From Alphaproteobacteria bacterium (GTDB lineage Bacteria; Pseudomonadota; Alphaproteobacteria; JAJTHO01), in the NCBI GenBank assembly GCA_021297975.1, contig JAJTHO010000024.1:2391-26390 (forward strand): a stretch of 24,000 nucleotides of DNA. The letters are read 5' to 3'. Positions 1 through 7,954 of the stretch are shown piece by piece. The number at the start of each line of letters is the position of its first letter. Position 1 is the stretch's first letter. The translations under genes were made by a program, and so were the position numbers. The notes beneath the pieces are model-generated. The model did no database searches and was not told where the DNA came from. It saw nothing but the letters and a program-made list of their open reading frames with translations.

Positions 1-540
1 GTTCGCACTACGGATGATAAAGAAGCACTGGAAATTGCACTGATTGAGAACCTACAACGGCAGGATCTCAACCCCATCGAAGAAGCGGCGTGCTATCAAC
101 GCCTGATGCTTGATGTCGGTTATACACAAGAAGATCTCGCCGGAAAGTTAGCGCGTAGCCGTAGCCATGTGACAAATTACCTAAGGCTGTTGCAGCTTCC
201 GGTGAGTGTTCAGGCCTTGGTTATCGACAAACAGCTTTCTGTCGGTCATGCCCGTGCGCTTGTTAACGCAATCGATGCCGAACGGCTTGCCGCAAAAGTG
301 ATTGAGCGCGGGCTCAGCGTCCGCCAGCTCGAAAAACTACTGCAACATCCGGAGACTGAAGCCAGCGCCCCGCCGCCGTCCACAGAATTTGATGAACCGC
401 TACACCTGACAGCCCAATATTTGCATGAATTATTTGGCCTACCCGTGCATGTGTATAAGCGGCGTAATGGCACAGCGCAGCTGCGCATCAGCATTGCTAC
501 CCAAGACGACCTAACCAAACTGCACGACAAAATTCAGTAA
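1..540 (+). CDS. parB: Chromosome partitioning protein ParB, C-terminal 179 codons (5' end lies outside the window)
   Basis: Frame 1 is open from base 1 (VRTTDDKEALEIALIENLQRQDLNPIEEAACYQRLM...) and runs into the listed ORF 106..540. It carries the ParB-box motif (IENLQRxDLNPIEEA) and the HTH segment SRSHVTNYLRLLQLP. Stop TAA at 538-540. Confidence 0.9.
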   Translation, partial: VRTTDDKEALEIALIENLQRQDLNPIEEAACYQRLMLDVGYTQEDLAGKLARSRSHVTNYLRLLQLPVSVQALVIDKQLSVGHARALVNAIDAERLAAKVIERGLSVRQLEKLLQHPETEASAPPPSTEFDEPLHLTAQYLHELFGLPVHVYKRRNGTAQLRISIATQDDLTKLHDKIQ

Positions 541-548
541 AGCGCTCG

Positions 549-1889
549 CTATTTGCCAATACAAAAGCGCGAAAAGACATCATCGAGAACGCGGTCAGAG
601 TCGGCTTCACCGTACAGCGATTGGCAGCAGCGCCAGGCATGGCGCAACGATTCCGCCGCAAGAGCGGCATCTGTTTCGCTTAGCGCCTCGCGTAGATGCA
701 GTACTGTTTTTTGCAATGCATCCTGTTGGCGGGCACTAACCGCAGATAGTGTGGCGGCGGCATCACCGCTTAACTGTAGCTGGGTTAGAATCTCATTATG
801 CAATACCTGTAGACTATCTCGATTATACAAACTGGTCAGAACGTGCGGTCTGTCGAGATCGGCGGGTAAAGGCTGCGCCATATCGCTTTTTGATACAACG
901 GCCAGCACCGGCACGCTAAGACCACAAAGATAATCAGGCATTAGCCGCGATAGAGGGATAGAGCTTGGCACTTCAGGAGCGGCAATAACCCATAAAATAA
1001 GCTGCGCTGCGGCTAAGGCTTCCTGCGCTTTGGCAATACCCATGGCCTCTATTGTATCACCTGTATCCCGCTGCCCGGCTGAATCCGTCAACAGAATCGG
1101 ATAGCCGCCGATATCGAGGCGCACTTCCAACACATCGCGCGTTGTTCCCGCGATATCACTAACAAGCGCCGCATTACGGCCGCACAGCGCATTAAAGAGG
1201 GAGGATTTTCCCGCATTCACGTTACCGGTTAACACTACGCGGTAGCCATCACGCAGCAACTGCGCCGGTGCAGCGCCTTTCAAATAATCTTCAATTTCTG
1301 TTGTTAGGGTCTCTAACCTTGCCCGTTGCTGCAGAGGAACACTAGCCGGTAAATCCTCATCACTAAAATCCAGTAAGGCTTCATGGAGGGCGAGTAACTG
1401 CCGCAGCGCTTCACTCCAATCATAAAAGCGCTGCGCCTGCTGGCCGTCCATCAGCTGCCGCGATAACTGCCGCTGCGCCTCGGTTTCGGCATCGAGCAAA
1501 TCTGCCAACCCCTCAGCGTAGGAAAAATTGATTTTCCCCGCCAAAAGCGCCCGGCGGGTAAATTCGCCAGGCTCAGCATGACGGCAACCCAGCTGTGCGC
1601 CGCAAAACGCCAGCAACGCCTTAACCGCTGCCGGGCTGCCGTGACAATGCAGCTCAACAACATCCTCTCCCGTATAGCTGTGCGGCGCTGGGAAATAGAG
1701 CACAAGGCCATCATCTATAACGTGACCGGCCGCATCGAAGAAACGGCAATGGTGGGCGGTGCGGGGTTTAAGGCTTTTTCGTTTGGTCAGCCGCAAGGCA
1801 ATGTCAACCGCGGCGCTTCCGCTTAAACGAATAATCGCAACCCCTGCGCGGCCAGGGGCTGTTGCAAGAGCATAAACTGTTGTGTTCAT
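549..1889 (-). CDS. mnmE: tRNA uridine-5-carboxymethylaminomethyl modification GTPase MnmE (TrmE)
   Basis: 446 aa. N-terminal TrmE domain (VYALATAPGRAGVAIIRLSG), G-domain motifs (GNVNAGKSSLFNAL, DIAGTTRD, DSAG) and the diagnostic C-terminal CIGK. ATG overlaps the upstream stop as ATGA. Confidence 0.95.
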   Translation of the reverse strand: MNTTVYALATAPGRAGVAIIRLSGSAAVDIALRLTKRKSLKPRTAHHCRFFDAAGHVIDDGLVLYFPAPHSYTGEDVVELHCHGSPAAVKALLAFCGAQLGCRHAEPGEFTRRALLAGKINFSYAEGLADLLDAETEAQRQLSRQLMDGQQAQRFYDWSEALRQLLALHEALLDFSDEDLPASVPLQQRARLETLTTEIEDYLKGAAPAQLLRDGYRVVLTGNVNAGKSSLFNALCGRNAALVSDIAGTTRDVLEVRLDIGGYPILLTDSAGQRDTGDTIEAMGIAKAQEALAAAQLILWVIAAPEVPSSIPLSRLMPDYLCGLSVPVLAVVSKSDMAQPLPADLDRPHVLTSLYNRDSLQVLHNEILTQLQLSGDAAATLSAVSARQQDALQKTVLHLREALSETDAALAAESLRHAWRCCQSLYGEADSDRVLDDVFSRFCIGK

Positions 1890-2209
1890 TGCTTAACGAA
1901 AAGCTGCGCCCCTTTTGGCGCCTCCCCATTGACTAAATAGCCATCGACAAACTGTTCAACATCTTGGAGTGTCTCAAGCTTAAACCAACGGTTTGATGGG
2001 TAATCTACCACAACAGGCCCGTGTTTGCATTGGTCTAGACAACCCGCACGGTTGATGCGCACGCCTTTAAGCTGCTTTTCTTTCACCCGGCTTTTACAGG
2101 CATTAAAAAGTTCTTCCGCGTTCTTACTGGCACAGCAACCCAAGGGCGCTCCTGCTTCACGCTGGTTCAGACAGAAAAACACATGATGGCGAAACGGCGC
2201 TGTTGTCAT
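1886..2209 (-). CDS. Thioredoxin-like [2Fe-2S] ferredoxin family protein (107 aa using the internal ATG; the ORF is open to 2257)
   Basis: The Cys pattern HHVFFC...GCCASK...RAGCLDQCKHGPVV is typical of thioredoxin-like 2Fe-2S ferredoxins. I prefer the ATG at 2209-2207 because it forms an ATGA overlap with the coaE stop. The 2257 start would overlap coaE by 52 nt. Confidence 0.7.
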   Translation of the reverse strand: MTTAPFRHHVFFCLNQREAGAPLGCCASKNAEELFNACKSRVKEKQLKGVRINRAGCLDQCKHGPVVVDYPSNRWFKLETLQDVEQFVDGYLVNGEAPKGAQLFVKQ

Positions 2210-2799
2210 GAGTATTTTTTCCTCAATTGCGGCACGAGTGTATGTAATACGCCGCACAGTTGCCGGACACTGGCCTGCCGCGTTATATGACCCGATAGCC
2301 GCGCATCAGAAAGACTATCGCGTAAGCTTTCCGGTAATTGCCGGGCACGAAGTGTCTGCTGTTGTAACGGACTTAAACGGCGGCGATGCTTTACAAGCGC
2401 CCTAGAGCGGTAGCCTAAAGAAACGGTCAACACAGGGTCACAGAGCAACCCTAGACCCAATTCAAACAACAAGGGAGCCTCTAGCACCACTGAATGAACA
2501 CGGGCACGCTGGAGGCTTTTTAAACGCTGCGTGATAACGAATATTAAGTGAGGGTGTATCACTACCTCCCACAATGCCCAATGGCGCGTATCCGCCTGGA
2601 GCCATGCCCATAAGTCACCGCGTTTGCCGCCTAGCGGCGCGCCTGAGTGAACATTCAAACACATTCTAACGCTTTCCTTTGATAGTTCTTGCGTGAAGAC
2701 ATGATCACTATTGATTGCAAGATAGCCCATCTGACGCAGTCGTTTCAGCAGCGTTGATTTGCCAGCAGCCATCCCGCCAGTGAGACCAATAACCCTCAT
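2206..2799 (-). CDS. coaE: Dephospho-CoA kinase
   Basis: 197 aa. N-terminal P-loop IGLTGGMAAGKST followed by ...NSDHV, HPHL and EAPLLFE segments, which is the CoaE layout. Sits in the conserved maf-aroE-coaE order. Confidence 0.85.
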   Translation of the reverse strand: MRVIGLTGGMAAGKSTLLKRLRQMGYLAINSDHVFTQELSKESVRMCLNVHSGAPLGGKRGDLWAWLQADTRHWALWEVVIHPHLIFVITQRLKSLQRARVHSVVLEAPLLFELGLGLLCDPVLTVSLGYRSRALVKHRRRLSPLQQQTLRARQLPESLRDSLSDARLSGHITRQASVRQLCGVLHTLVPQLRKKYS

Positions 2800-3656
2800 C
2801 CCGCTGTCTGTCCCAGTGCTAAACGGCGTGCCGTTTCATCAATCTCGGGTTTGATACCTGTCCACAAGGCAAACGCCACCGCCGCTTGCCCCAAAAACAT
2901 CCCGAGCCCATCAACCGGTGTATGCCCATGCTCGACCGCTTCACGCAGCAACGTTGTCTGCAACGGGTTATACACACAATCGCTGATAACACACGATTTA
3001 CTGAGAACCTGCCAGGGAAAATGCAGCGCATCCTGTCCTTTCATCCCCAGCGGCGTGGTATTCACGACAAGATCAACGCTGAGCGGCGGCATTTGTGGGC
3101 TAAAAGGCAGAACCCCTGCGCCCGCACCGAGCGCGCAATCCCCGATTATAGCGGTGGCGGCACGCTCATTACGCGCCAGAAAAATTATTGTTGCAACACC
3201 GTGCTGCTTTAATGCCAAGGCCACGGCGCGCGCCGCACCGCCAGAGCCGATGATTGCGGCGCTCGCTCCCATTAACTTCAGCCCCGTCGCGCCTGCGACT
3301 AGCCCTTCCGCATAACCAGTAACATCGGTATTATAACCGGTGAGCACTTTTTTGCACTTCGAATGACTGATAACAACCGTGTTTACGGCTCCAACCTGCT
3401 GCGCAGACACATCAAGCACATCAAGCAGCGGACAAATAGCTTCTTTATGCGGAATAGTGACATTAAAACCCTGAAATCCGCCAGCAACAAGACTTTTGAG
3501 CGCAACGGGTAAAGCAGCTGGCGGCACTGCAAGCGGCAAATAGACGCCGCCACCTGCGTATTTTTTCAACCAATAGCAGTGCAGCGCCGGCGACCGCGAA
3601 TGGCTGACGGGATAACCCAAAACGCCATACAGTGGCTGTTCCGTTGTGGCGCTCAT
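2796..3656 (-). CDS. aroE: Shikimate 5-dehydrogenase (286 aa from the internal ATG; the ORF is open to 3692)
   Basis: LYGVLGYPVSHSRSPALH substrate-binding N-terminus, NVTIPHK, GAVNT, NTD and the Rossmann motif GSGGAARA. The ATG at 3656-3654 makes an ATGA overlap with the maf stop. Confidence 0.9.
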   Translation of the reverse strand: MSATTEQPLYGVLGYPVSHSRSPALHCYWLKKYAGGGVYLPLAVPPAALPVALKSLVAGGFQGFNVTIPHKEAICPLLDVLDVSAQQVGAVNTVVISHSKCKKVLTGYNTDVTGYAEGLVAGATGLKLMGASAAIIGSGGAARAVALALKQHGVATIIFLARNERAATAIIGDCALGAGAGVLPFSPQMPPLSVDLVVNTTPLGMKGQDALHFPWQVLSKSCVISDCVYNPLQTTLLREAVEHGHTPVDGLGMFLGQAAVAFALWTGIKPEIDETARRLALGQTAG

Positions 3657-4282
3657 TCTTTTAACACCCCAAGTTCTCGCAACACGGCGCACAGCGGCAA
3701 CAGCGGCAACCCCAATATGCCCGATTGACTGCCGGAAACAGTGTCAAATAGCTGCACGCCTATTGATTCAAAGGCATAGCAACCGACAACGCGCTGACCA
3801 GACGCACACACCGCATCGGCATAGTCTTGAATAAACGAATCACTATAGGCGCGGCAGTGCAACGTTATCGTCTCGGTGTATTGCCACAATATCACACCGT
3901 CTTTCGCGAGTGCCATGGCGCTGTGAAGGCAATGCGGCTTTCCGCGGAGCAACTGTAACTGCTCAATAACCGCTGCTCGGCTGTCTGCTTTATGAAGGGA
4001 AAGACCGTCACACTCGAGGGTTTGATCCGCACCAAGCACCAGGGCGGCGGGATACTCAATGCTCACACTTAGTGCTTTAGCCCGCGCCAACGCGGCCGCC
4101 GCACTTTTTGGAGAAAATCCACCCTGTTCTTGAATGCGGCGTTCATCAACAGCACTGGGGGACGCCACGAACGCTATCCCTGCGGAACGCAGTAATTCTT
4201 GCCGTGTCGCGCTCGCGGACGCCAGTATAAAGGTCGACGTTTCTGCTTGGTCTGGTTTTTCGCTATAGGATGCGTCGTTCAT
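3653..4282 (-). CDS. maf: Maf-like nucleoside triphosphate pyrophosphatase (septum formation inhibitor family)
   Basis: 209 aa. ILASASATRQELL N-terminal motif and GADQ segment typical of Maf/YhdE. Conserved position upstream of aroE. Confidence 0.85.
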   Translation of the reverse strand: MNDASYSEKPDQAETSTFILASASATRQELLRSAGIAFVASPSAVDERRIQEQGGFSPKSAAAALARAKALSVSIEYPAALVLGADQTLECDGLSLHKADSRAAVIEQLQLLRGKPHCLHSAMALAKDGVILWQYTETITLHCRAYSDSFIQDYADAVCASGQRVVGCYAFESIGVQLFDTVSGSQSGILGLPLLPLCAVLRELGVLKE

Positions 4283-5109
4283 TCGAGCGGCGCCTGTTCA
4301 CGATACAACAGCTGCATTATCATCGCTGCCGTTTCTTCAATAGAACGCCGGGTTACATCAATCACCGGCCAGCCATTCGCGGCAAAGAGCCTGCGTGCGG
4401 TTAGGACTTCATCACGCACGGCTTCAGGATCAATATAATCCGTTGCCGAGCCGGGATTCAAATACTGCATCCGGGTGCGGCGAATATTGACGAGTTGATC
4501 CGGATCCTGGGTTAGACCAACAATCAGCGGACGACCCAACCGCGTGAAGTCTTCCAGTTGCTCTGGCAAGGTCATGCCCGGCACAAGCGGAATATTCGCC
4601 GCCCGCACACCGCGGTAGGCGAGATAAATGCAGGTCGGCGTTTTCGACATGCGCGAACAACCGAGCAGAATGACATCGGCCTGGCCAAGATTTTTTCCAC
4701 CCTGGCCATCATCGTGGTTAACGGCAAATTCCACTGCTTCCATGCGGCGAAAATAATCAGCATCCATAACATGCTGTCGTCCCGGTAAGGCGCGCATGGG
4801 GACGCCCAGATGCCCTTCCAGCACCATCAATATCGGATCGAGCATCGAGACATGCGGCAGATTCATCTCGCGGCAGCTGCGAAACATGCGCTGGCGCAAC
4901 TCCTCCTCAACCAGTGTAAAAAGCACAAAGCCAGGGTTTTTGCGGATTTCGGCAATCACATCATCAAGCTGCGCGGCGGTTCGAATGAATGACCACAGGT
5001 ATTCCCGCACCACAGCGTGCTCAAATTGCACCAAACAGGCGCGGATAACTTTACTCGCGGTCTCACCGGTGGAATCAGAAACTAAATGCAGAATTCGTTC
5101 ATCGCTCAT
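4279..5109 (-). CDS. Putative pyruvate,phosphate dikinase regulatory protein (DUF299 kinase/pyrophosphorylase), 276 aa
   Basis: HLVSDSTGETA N-terminus and GCSRMSKTPTCIYLA P-loop-like motif of the PpsR/PDRP family. The listed ORF (to 5352) carries an 81-codon extension with no family similarity that runs into the non-coding gap. I prefer the ATG at 5109-5107 (MSDERILHLVSDSTGE). Confidence 0.85.
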   Translation of the reverse strand: MSDERILHLVSDSTGETASKVIRACLVQFEHAVVREYLWSFIRTAAQLDDVIAEIRKNPGFVLFTLVEEELRQRMFRSCREMNLPHVSMLDPILMVLEGHLGVPMRALPGRQHVMDADYFRRMEAVEFAVNHDDGQGGKNLGQADVILLGCSRMSKTPTCIYLAYRGVRAANIPLVPGMTLPEQLEDFTRLGRPLIVGLTQDPDQLVNIRRTRMQYLNPGSATDYIDPEAVRDEVLTARRLFAANGWPVIDVTRRSIEETAAMIMQLLYREQAPLE

Positions 5110-5167
5110 AACTCTTCTTACGCCCCGATAAGCGCCGGTACAAGACCGGGATAAGCTGTGCACAAGC

Positions 5168-5176
5168 TGTGGATAA
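5168..5176 (-). promoter_or_regulatory. DnaA box, perfect match to TTATCCACA (reads TGTGGATAA on +)
   Basis: Exact 9-mer at 5168-5176. It is embedded in a short direct repeat AAGCTGTG (5153-5160 and 5164-5171). GATAAG recurs at 5127, 5150 and 5172, about 22-23 bp apart. Confidence 0.6.
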
Positions 5177-5235
5177 GTAGGAGTCTTCGCGCCGGGTTGG
5201 CAGCAGCCCCCTCTCTCCTTTGGCTTTGCCTGTCT

Positions 5236-5244
5236 TTTTCCACA
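5236..5244 (+). promoter_or_regulatory. DnaA-box-like site TTTTCCACA (1 mismatch)
   Basis: 8/9 match to TTATCCACA, in the opposite orientation to the other boxes. Confidence 0.4.
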
Positions 5245-5278
5245 GTGTTTACTATGGGGAGCGTTTGATTTATGGCTC

Positions 5279-5287
5279 TGGGGATAA
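5279..5287 (-). promoter_or_regulatory. DnaA-box-like site TTATCCCCA (reads TGGGGATAA on +; 1 mismatch)
   Basis: 8/9 match. It is part of an exact 11-mer CTGGGGATAAA that recurs at 5331-5341. Confidence 0.45.
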
Positions 5288-5293
5288 AGTGTG

Positions 5294-5331
5294 TACATTT
5301 TTGAAAGTATATTTCTTTTCGTTTTTTTATC
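5294..5331. other. AT-rich tract (candidate DNA-unwinding element)
   Basis: tacatttttgaaagtatatttcttttcgtttttttatc has 31 of 38 A/T and is bracketed by the two CTGGGGATAAA copies. Confidence 0.4.
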
Positions 5332-5340
5332 TGGGGATAA
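5332..5340 (-). promoter_or_regulatory. DnaA-box-like site TTATCCCCA (second copy; 1 mismatch)
   Basis: Exact repeat of the 5279-5287 element including one flanking base on each side. Confidence 0.45.
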
Positions 5341-5432
5341 AACAAAGGGCAAAAATACCCGTCATACTTTTCCTTCCAATTTAGGCCTACAATACACTAC
5401 CACTACCTTTTAATTAAAGATTAGAGTGAAGA

Positions 5433-6470
5433 ATGCCGAGTATAGTCGATACCGTTTTAAACCCCTCACCAGCCATAAAAACGCATCCAATCTGGTTTAT
5501 GCGCCAAGCAGGGCGTTATCTACCCGAATATCGGGCATTACGCCAATCGAGCGCATCCTTTCTGGATTTTTGTTTTAACCCGGAATTATCGGTAACGGCA
5601 ACATTGCAGCCTATTGAGCGTTTTGGTTTCGATGCGGCAATTATCTTTTCCGATATTCTCGTGATACCCTATGCGCTAGGGCAACACGTTACGTTTGTTG
5701 CCGGTGAGGGGCCTAAACTCGGCGGAGTGAGTCACCCGGATGATTTTCGGAAACTGGCAACGAAGTTAGATAGAGAGCGTCTCGTGACTGTCTATAGCGC
5801 CCTGCGTGCGGTGCGCGCGGCTTTGCCCGCAGAAACCGGTTTGATTGGCTTTTGCGGGATGCCGTGGACGCTGCTGCTGTACATGTGTGAAGGGGGCAGC
5901 CCCGGGGATGCGGTAAAAACACGACGCTGGTGTTATCAAGAGCCGGAGCGGATGCGGGCGCTATTATCCTTGCTGGAAAATGCCGTAATTGAACACGCTC
6001 TGCTGCAGCTGGAGGCCGGCGCGGATACTATACAACTTTTTGACAGCTGGGCGGGACTATGCCCAGCGCTTCTTCTAGAAGATTATGTTATCGGCTGCTG
6101 CGCCCGTATCAGTCGCGCTGTAAAAGAACGCTATCCCGCTGCACGCATTATTGCCTTTCCGCGTGGGATTGGTATGGGGCTTACGGCAATACTCGCTTTA
6201 GACGATGTGGATGCGGTAAGTCTTGATACCAGCACACCCCTTCATCAGGTTGTGCCGCTACTGCCCTTAGGAAAGGCGCTACAGGGTAATTTAGATCCCC
6301 AAGCACTGGTAGTAGGGGGGAAGGTATTAACAGATGCTGTGGCGGCGATTTTAGAGAGCAGTAAGACTATACCGCATATCTTCAACCTGGGACACGGCAT
6401 TGTGCCGGAAACGCCGATAGAGCACGTGACAGCGGTTATTGAACAGGTGCGGGCATTTAAGGAAAGCTAA
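5433..6470 (+). CDS. hemE: Uroporphyrinogen decarboxylase
   Basis: 345 aa. PIWFMRQAGRYLPEY signature at the N-terminus, IFSDILV and FDSWAG segments. Confidence 0.95.
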   Translation: MPSIVDTVLNPSPAIKTHPIWFMRQAGRYLPEYRALRQSSASFLDFCFNPELSVTATLQPIERFGFDAAIIFSDILVIPYALGQHVTFVAGEGPKLGGVSHPDDFRKLATKLDRERLVTVYSALRAVRAALPAETGLIGFCGMPWTLLLYMCEGGSPGDAVKTRRWCYQEPERMRALLSLLENAVIEHALLQLEAGADTIQLFDSWAGLCPALLLEDYVIGCCARISRAVKERYPAARIIAFPRGIGMGLTAILALDDVDAVSLDTSTPLHQVVPLLPLGKALQGNLDPQALVVGGKVLTDAVAAILESSKTIPHIFNLGHGIVPETPIEHVTAVIEQVRAFKES

Positions 6471-6479
6471 GTCAGCTGT

Positions 6480-7952
6480 TCAGCAATGCAACAGCGCTTT
6501 GCGTTTTTTGCCTTTTTGTTCTGGTGTCATGTCCACTAGCGGTAACGGATAATCACCGGTGAAACAGGCATCACAATATTGCGGCATTTCCTTGTTGCGC
6601 TTCGCCTCACCAACGGCGCGGTATAATCCATCCACAGATAGAAACGCGAGGGAATCCACCCCAATGTACTTCCGCATTTCTTCAAGGGTGTGGTTGCTCG
6701 CGAGAAGTTTTTCTTTAGAGGGTGTATCAATACCGTAAAAACAAGGGTTAATCGTGGGCGGGCTAGCAATGCGCAAATGCACTTCTTTGGCGCCAGCTTG
6801 GCGCACCATATCAACAATTTTAACCGACGTTGTACCGCGAACAATACTGTCATCAACTAATATGACCCGCTTATCCTTAAGTTCTGCGCGGTTAGGGTTA
6901 TGCTTCAGTTTCACACCCAAATGGCGGATTTGATCCGTTGGCTCAATAAAGGTGCGACCAACGTAATGATTACGGATGATACCCAGCTCAAACGGCAGGT
7001 TTGCAGCTTGCGCGTAGCCAATCGCCGCCGGCACACCGGAATCCGGCACGGGAATAACCACATCGGCGTTAATACCCGCTTCGTGCGCGAGTTCCATACC
7101 GATGCGGCGGCGCACGGCATAAACGCTTTTCTCGTTCAGATCGCTATCCGGTCGGGCAAAATAAATATACTCAAAAACACAAAACCGTGACGCCACGGCA
7201 TCGAACGGAAAAAAGCTCTCCACTCGACCATCAGTATGCAGCACAATTAGTTCACCTGGGCTGATGTCACGTTCCAGTGTCGCGCCGATGATGTCCAAAC
7301 CGCACGTTTCAGAAGCCAAAACGGGCTTACCGTCTAATCGACCTAAAACAAGCGGCCGAACACCCGCTGGATCGCGCACACCAATAACGCTATCTTTTGT
7401 AAGGCAGATAAGGGAGTAGGCTCCCGTCACTTGTTTGAGCGCTGCAATCAATCGTTCTACGACAGTTGAGGCGTTCTGTGCGCGTGCCATGAGGTGAATA
7501 ATCACTTCGGTATCGGTTGTGGCTTGAAAAAGACTGCCGTTGTCTATGAGTTGCTGGCGCAATTTTAGTGCGTTGGTCAAGTTGCCGTTATGGGCAATAG
7601 CAAAGCCGCCGAAGGCGAGTTCAGCAAAAAGCGGTTGGACGTTGCGTAAAATCGTCTCGCCCGTTGTCGCATAGCGCACATGGCCAATGGCGGCGCTGCC
7701 CTTTAAGCGGGCAAGAACGGTACTATCAGCAAACGTGTCGCCCACCAGTCCTAAAGCGCGTTCAGCGAAAAAGCGATCCCCATCGGTCGTAACAATCCCT
7801 ACCGCTTCCTGACCGCGGTGTTGCAGCGCATGAAGGCCGAGCGCGGTGTGCGAAGCCGCGGTTTCACAGCCAATAATACCGAAAACACCGCATTCTTCGC
7901 GTGGTTTATCGGCATCACCGAAGCGAGACGCGGAGGGAAAAAAATCAACCAT
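6480..7952 (-). CDS. purF: Amidophosphoribosyltransferase (glutamine PRPP amidotransferase), propeptide and 4Fe-4S type
   Basis: 490 aa. Catalytic Cys in ECGVFGI after a ~21-residue leader, PRTase motif VILVDDSIVRGTT, and C-terminal cysteines (CFYGID, CDACFTGDYP). Confidence 0.95.
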   Translation of the reverse strand: MVDFFPSASRFGDADKPREECGVFGIIGCETAASHTALGLHALQHRGQEAVGIVTTDGDRFFAERALGLVGDTFADSTVLARLKGSAAIGHVRYATTGETILRNVQPLFAELAFGGFAIAHNGNLTNALKLRQQLIDNGSLFQATTDTEVIIHLMARAQNASTVVERLIAALKQVTGAYSLICLTKDSVIGVRDPAGVRPLVLGRLDGKPVLASETCGLDIIGATLERDISPGELIVLHTDGRVESFFPFDAVASRFCVFEYIYFARPDSDLNEKSVYAVRRRIGMELAHEAGINADVVIPVPDSGVPAAIGYAQAANLPFELGIIRNHYVGRTFIEPTDQIRHLGVKLKHNPNRAELKDKRVILVDDSIVRGTTSVKIVDMVRQAGAKEVHLRIASPPTINPCFYGIDTPSKEKLLASNHTLEEMRKYIGVDSLAFLSVDGLYRAVGEAKRNKEMPQYCDACFTGDYPLPLVDMTPEQKGKKRKALLHC

Positions 7953-7954
7953 GG

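Larger units (their letters stand above)
5110..5432. other. Candidate chromosomal replication origin (oriC) between the DUF299 operon and hemE
   Basis: Largest non-coding gap in the window. It lies between divergent DUF299 and hemE genes, the conserved origin context in Caulobacter and other alphaproteobacteria. It holds one perfect and three 1-mismatch DnaA boxes plus an approximately 82% AT tract. Confidence 0.6.

Noticed and set aside
3683-3700. Short tandem CAGCGGCAA x2 in maf, and CAGCGGC-rich repeats at 21166-21215 in eamA
   Set aside because: These are codon-level repetition encoding Leu/Pro/Ala-rich segments. They are too short and too few to count as a repeat element.
5110-5352. 81-codon N-terminal extension of the DUF299 ORF (MPFVLSPDKKTKRN...) and the overlapping 75-aa ORF 5118..5345
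   Set aside because: The extension has no similarity to the family, whose conserved N-terminus (ILHLVSDSTGET) begins right after the ATG at 5109. The region is AT-rich, carries the DnaA boxes and is better explained as non-coding origin DNA.
5410-5424. TTAA-N7-TTAG, resembling a CtrA box (TTAA-N7-TTAA), just upstream of hemE
   Set aside because: Only one half-site is perfect, it is a single occurrence in AT-rich DNA, and it overlaps the hemE ribosome-binding region. That is not enough to call CtrA control of the origin.
6415-6432. CACGTG core inside hemE as a possible third, degenerate parS
   Set aside because: The flanks (tagagCACGTGacagc) match the parS arms at only 3 of 10 positions. The GTGAAAC half-sites at 6558, 10608, 17735 and 19050 likewise lack a left arm.
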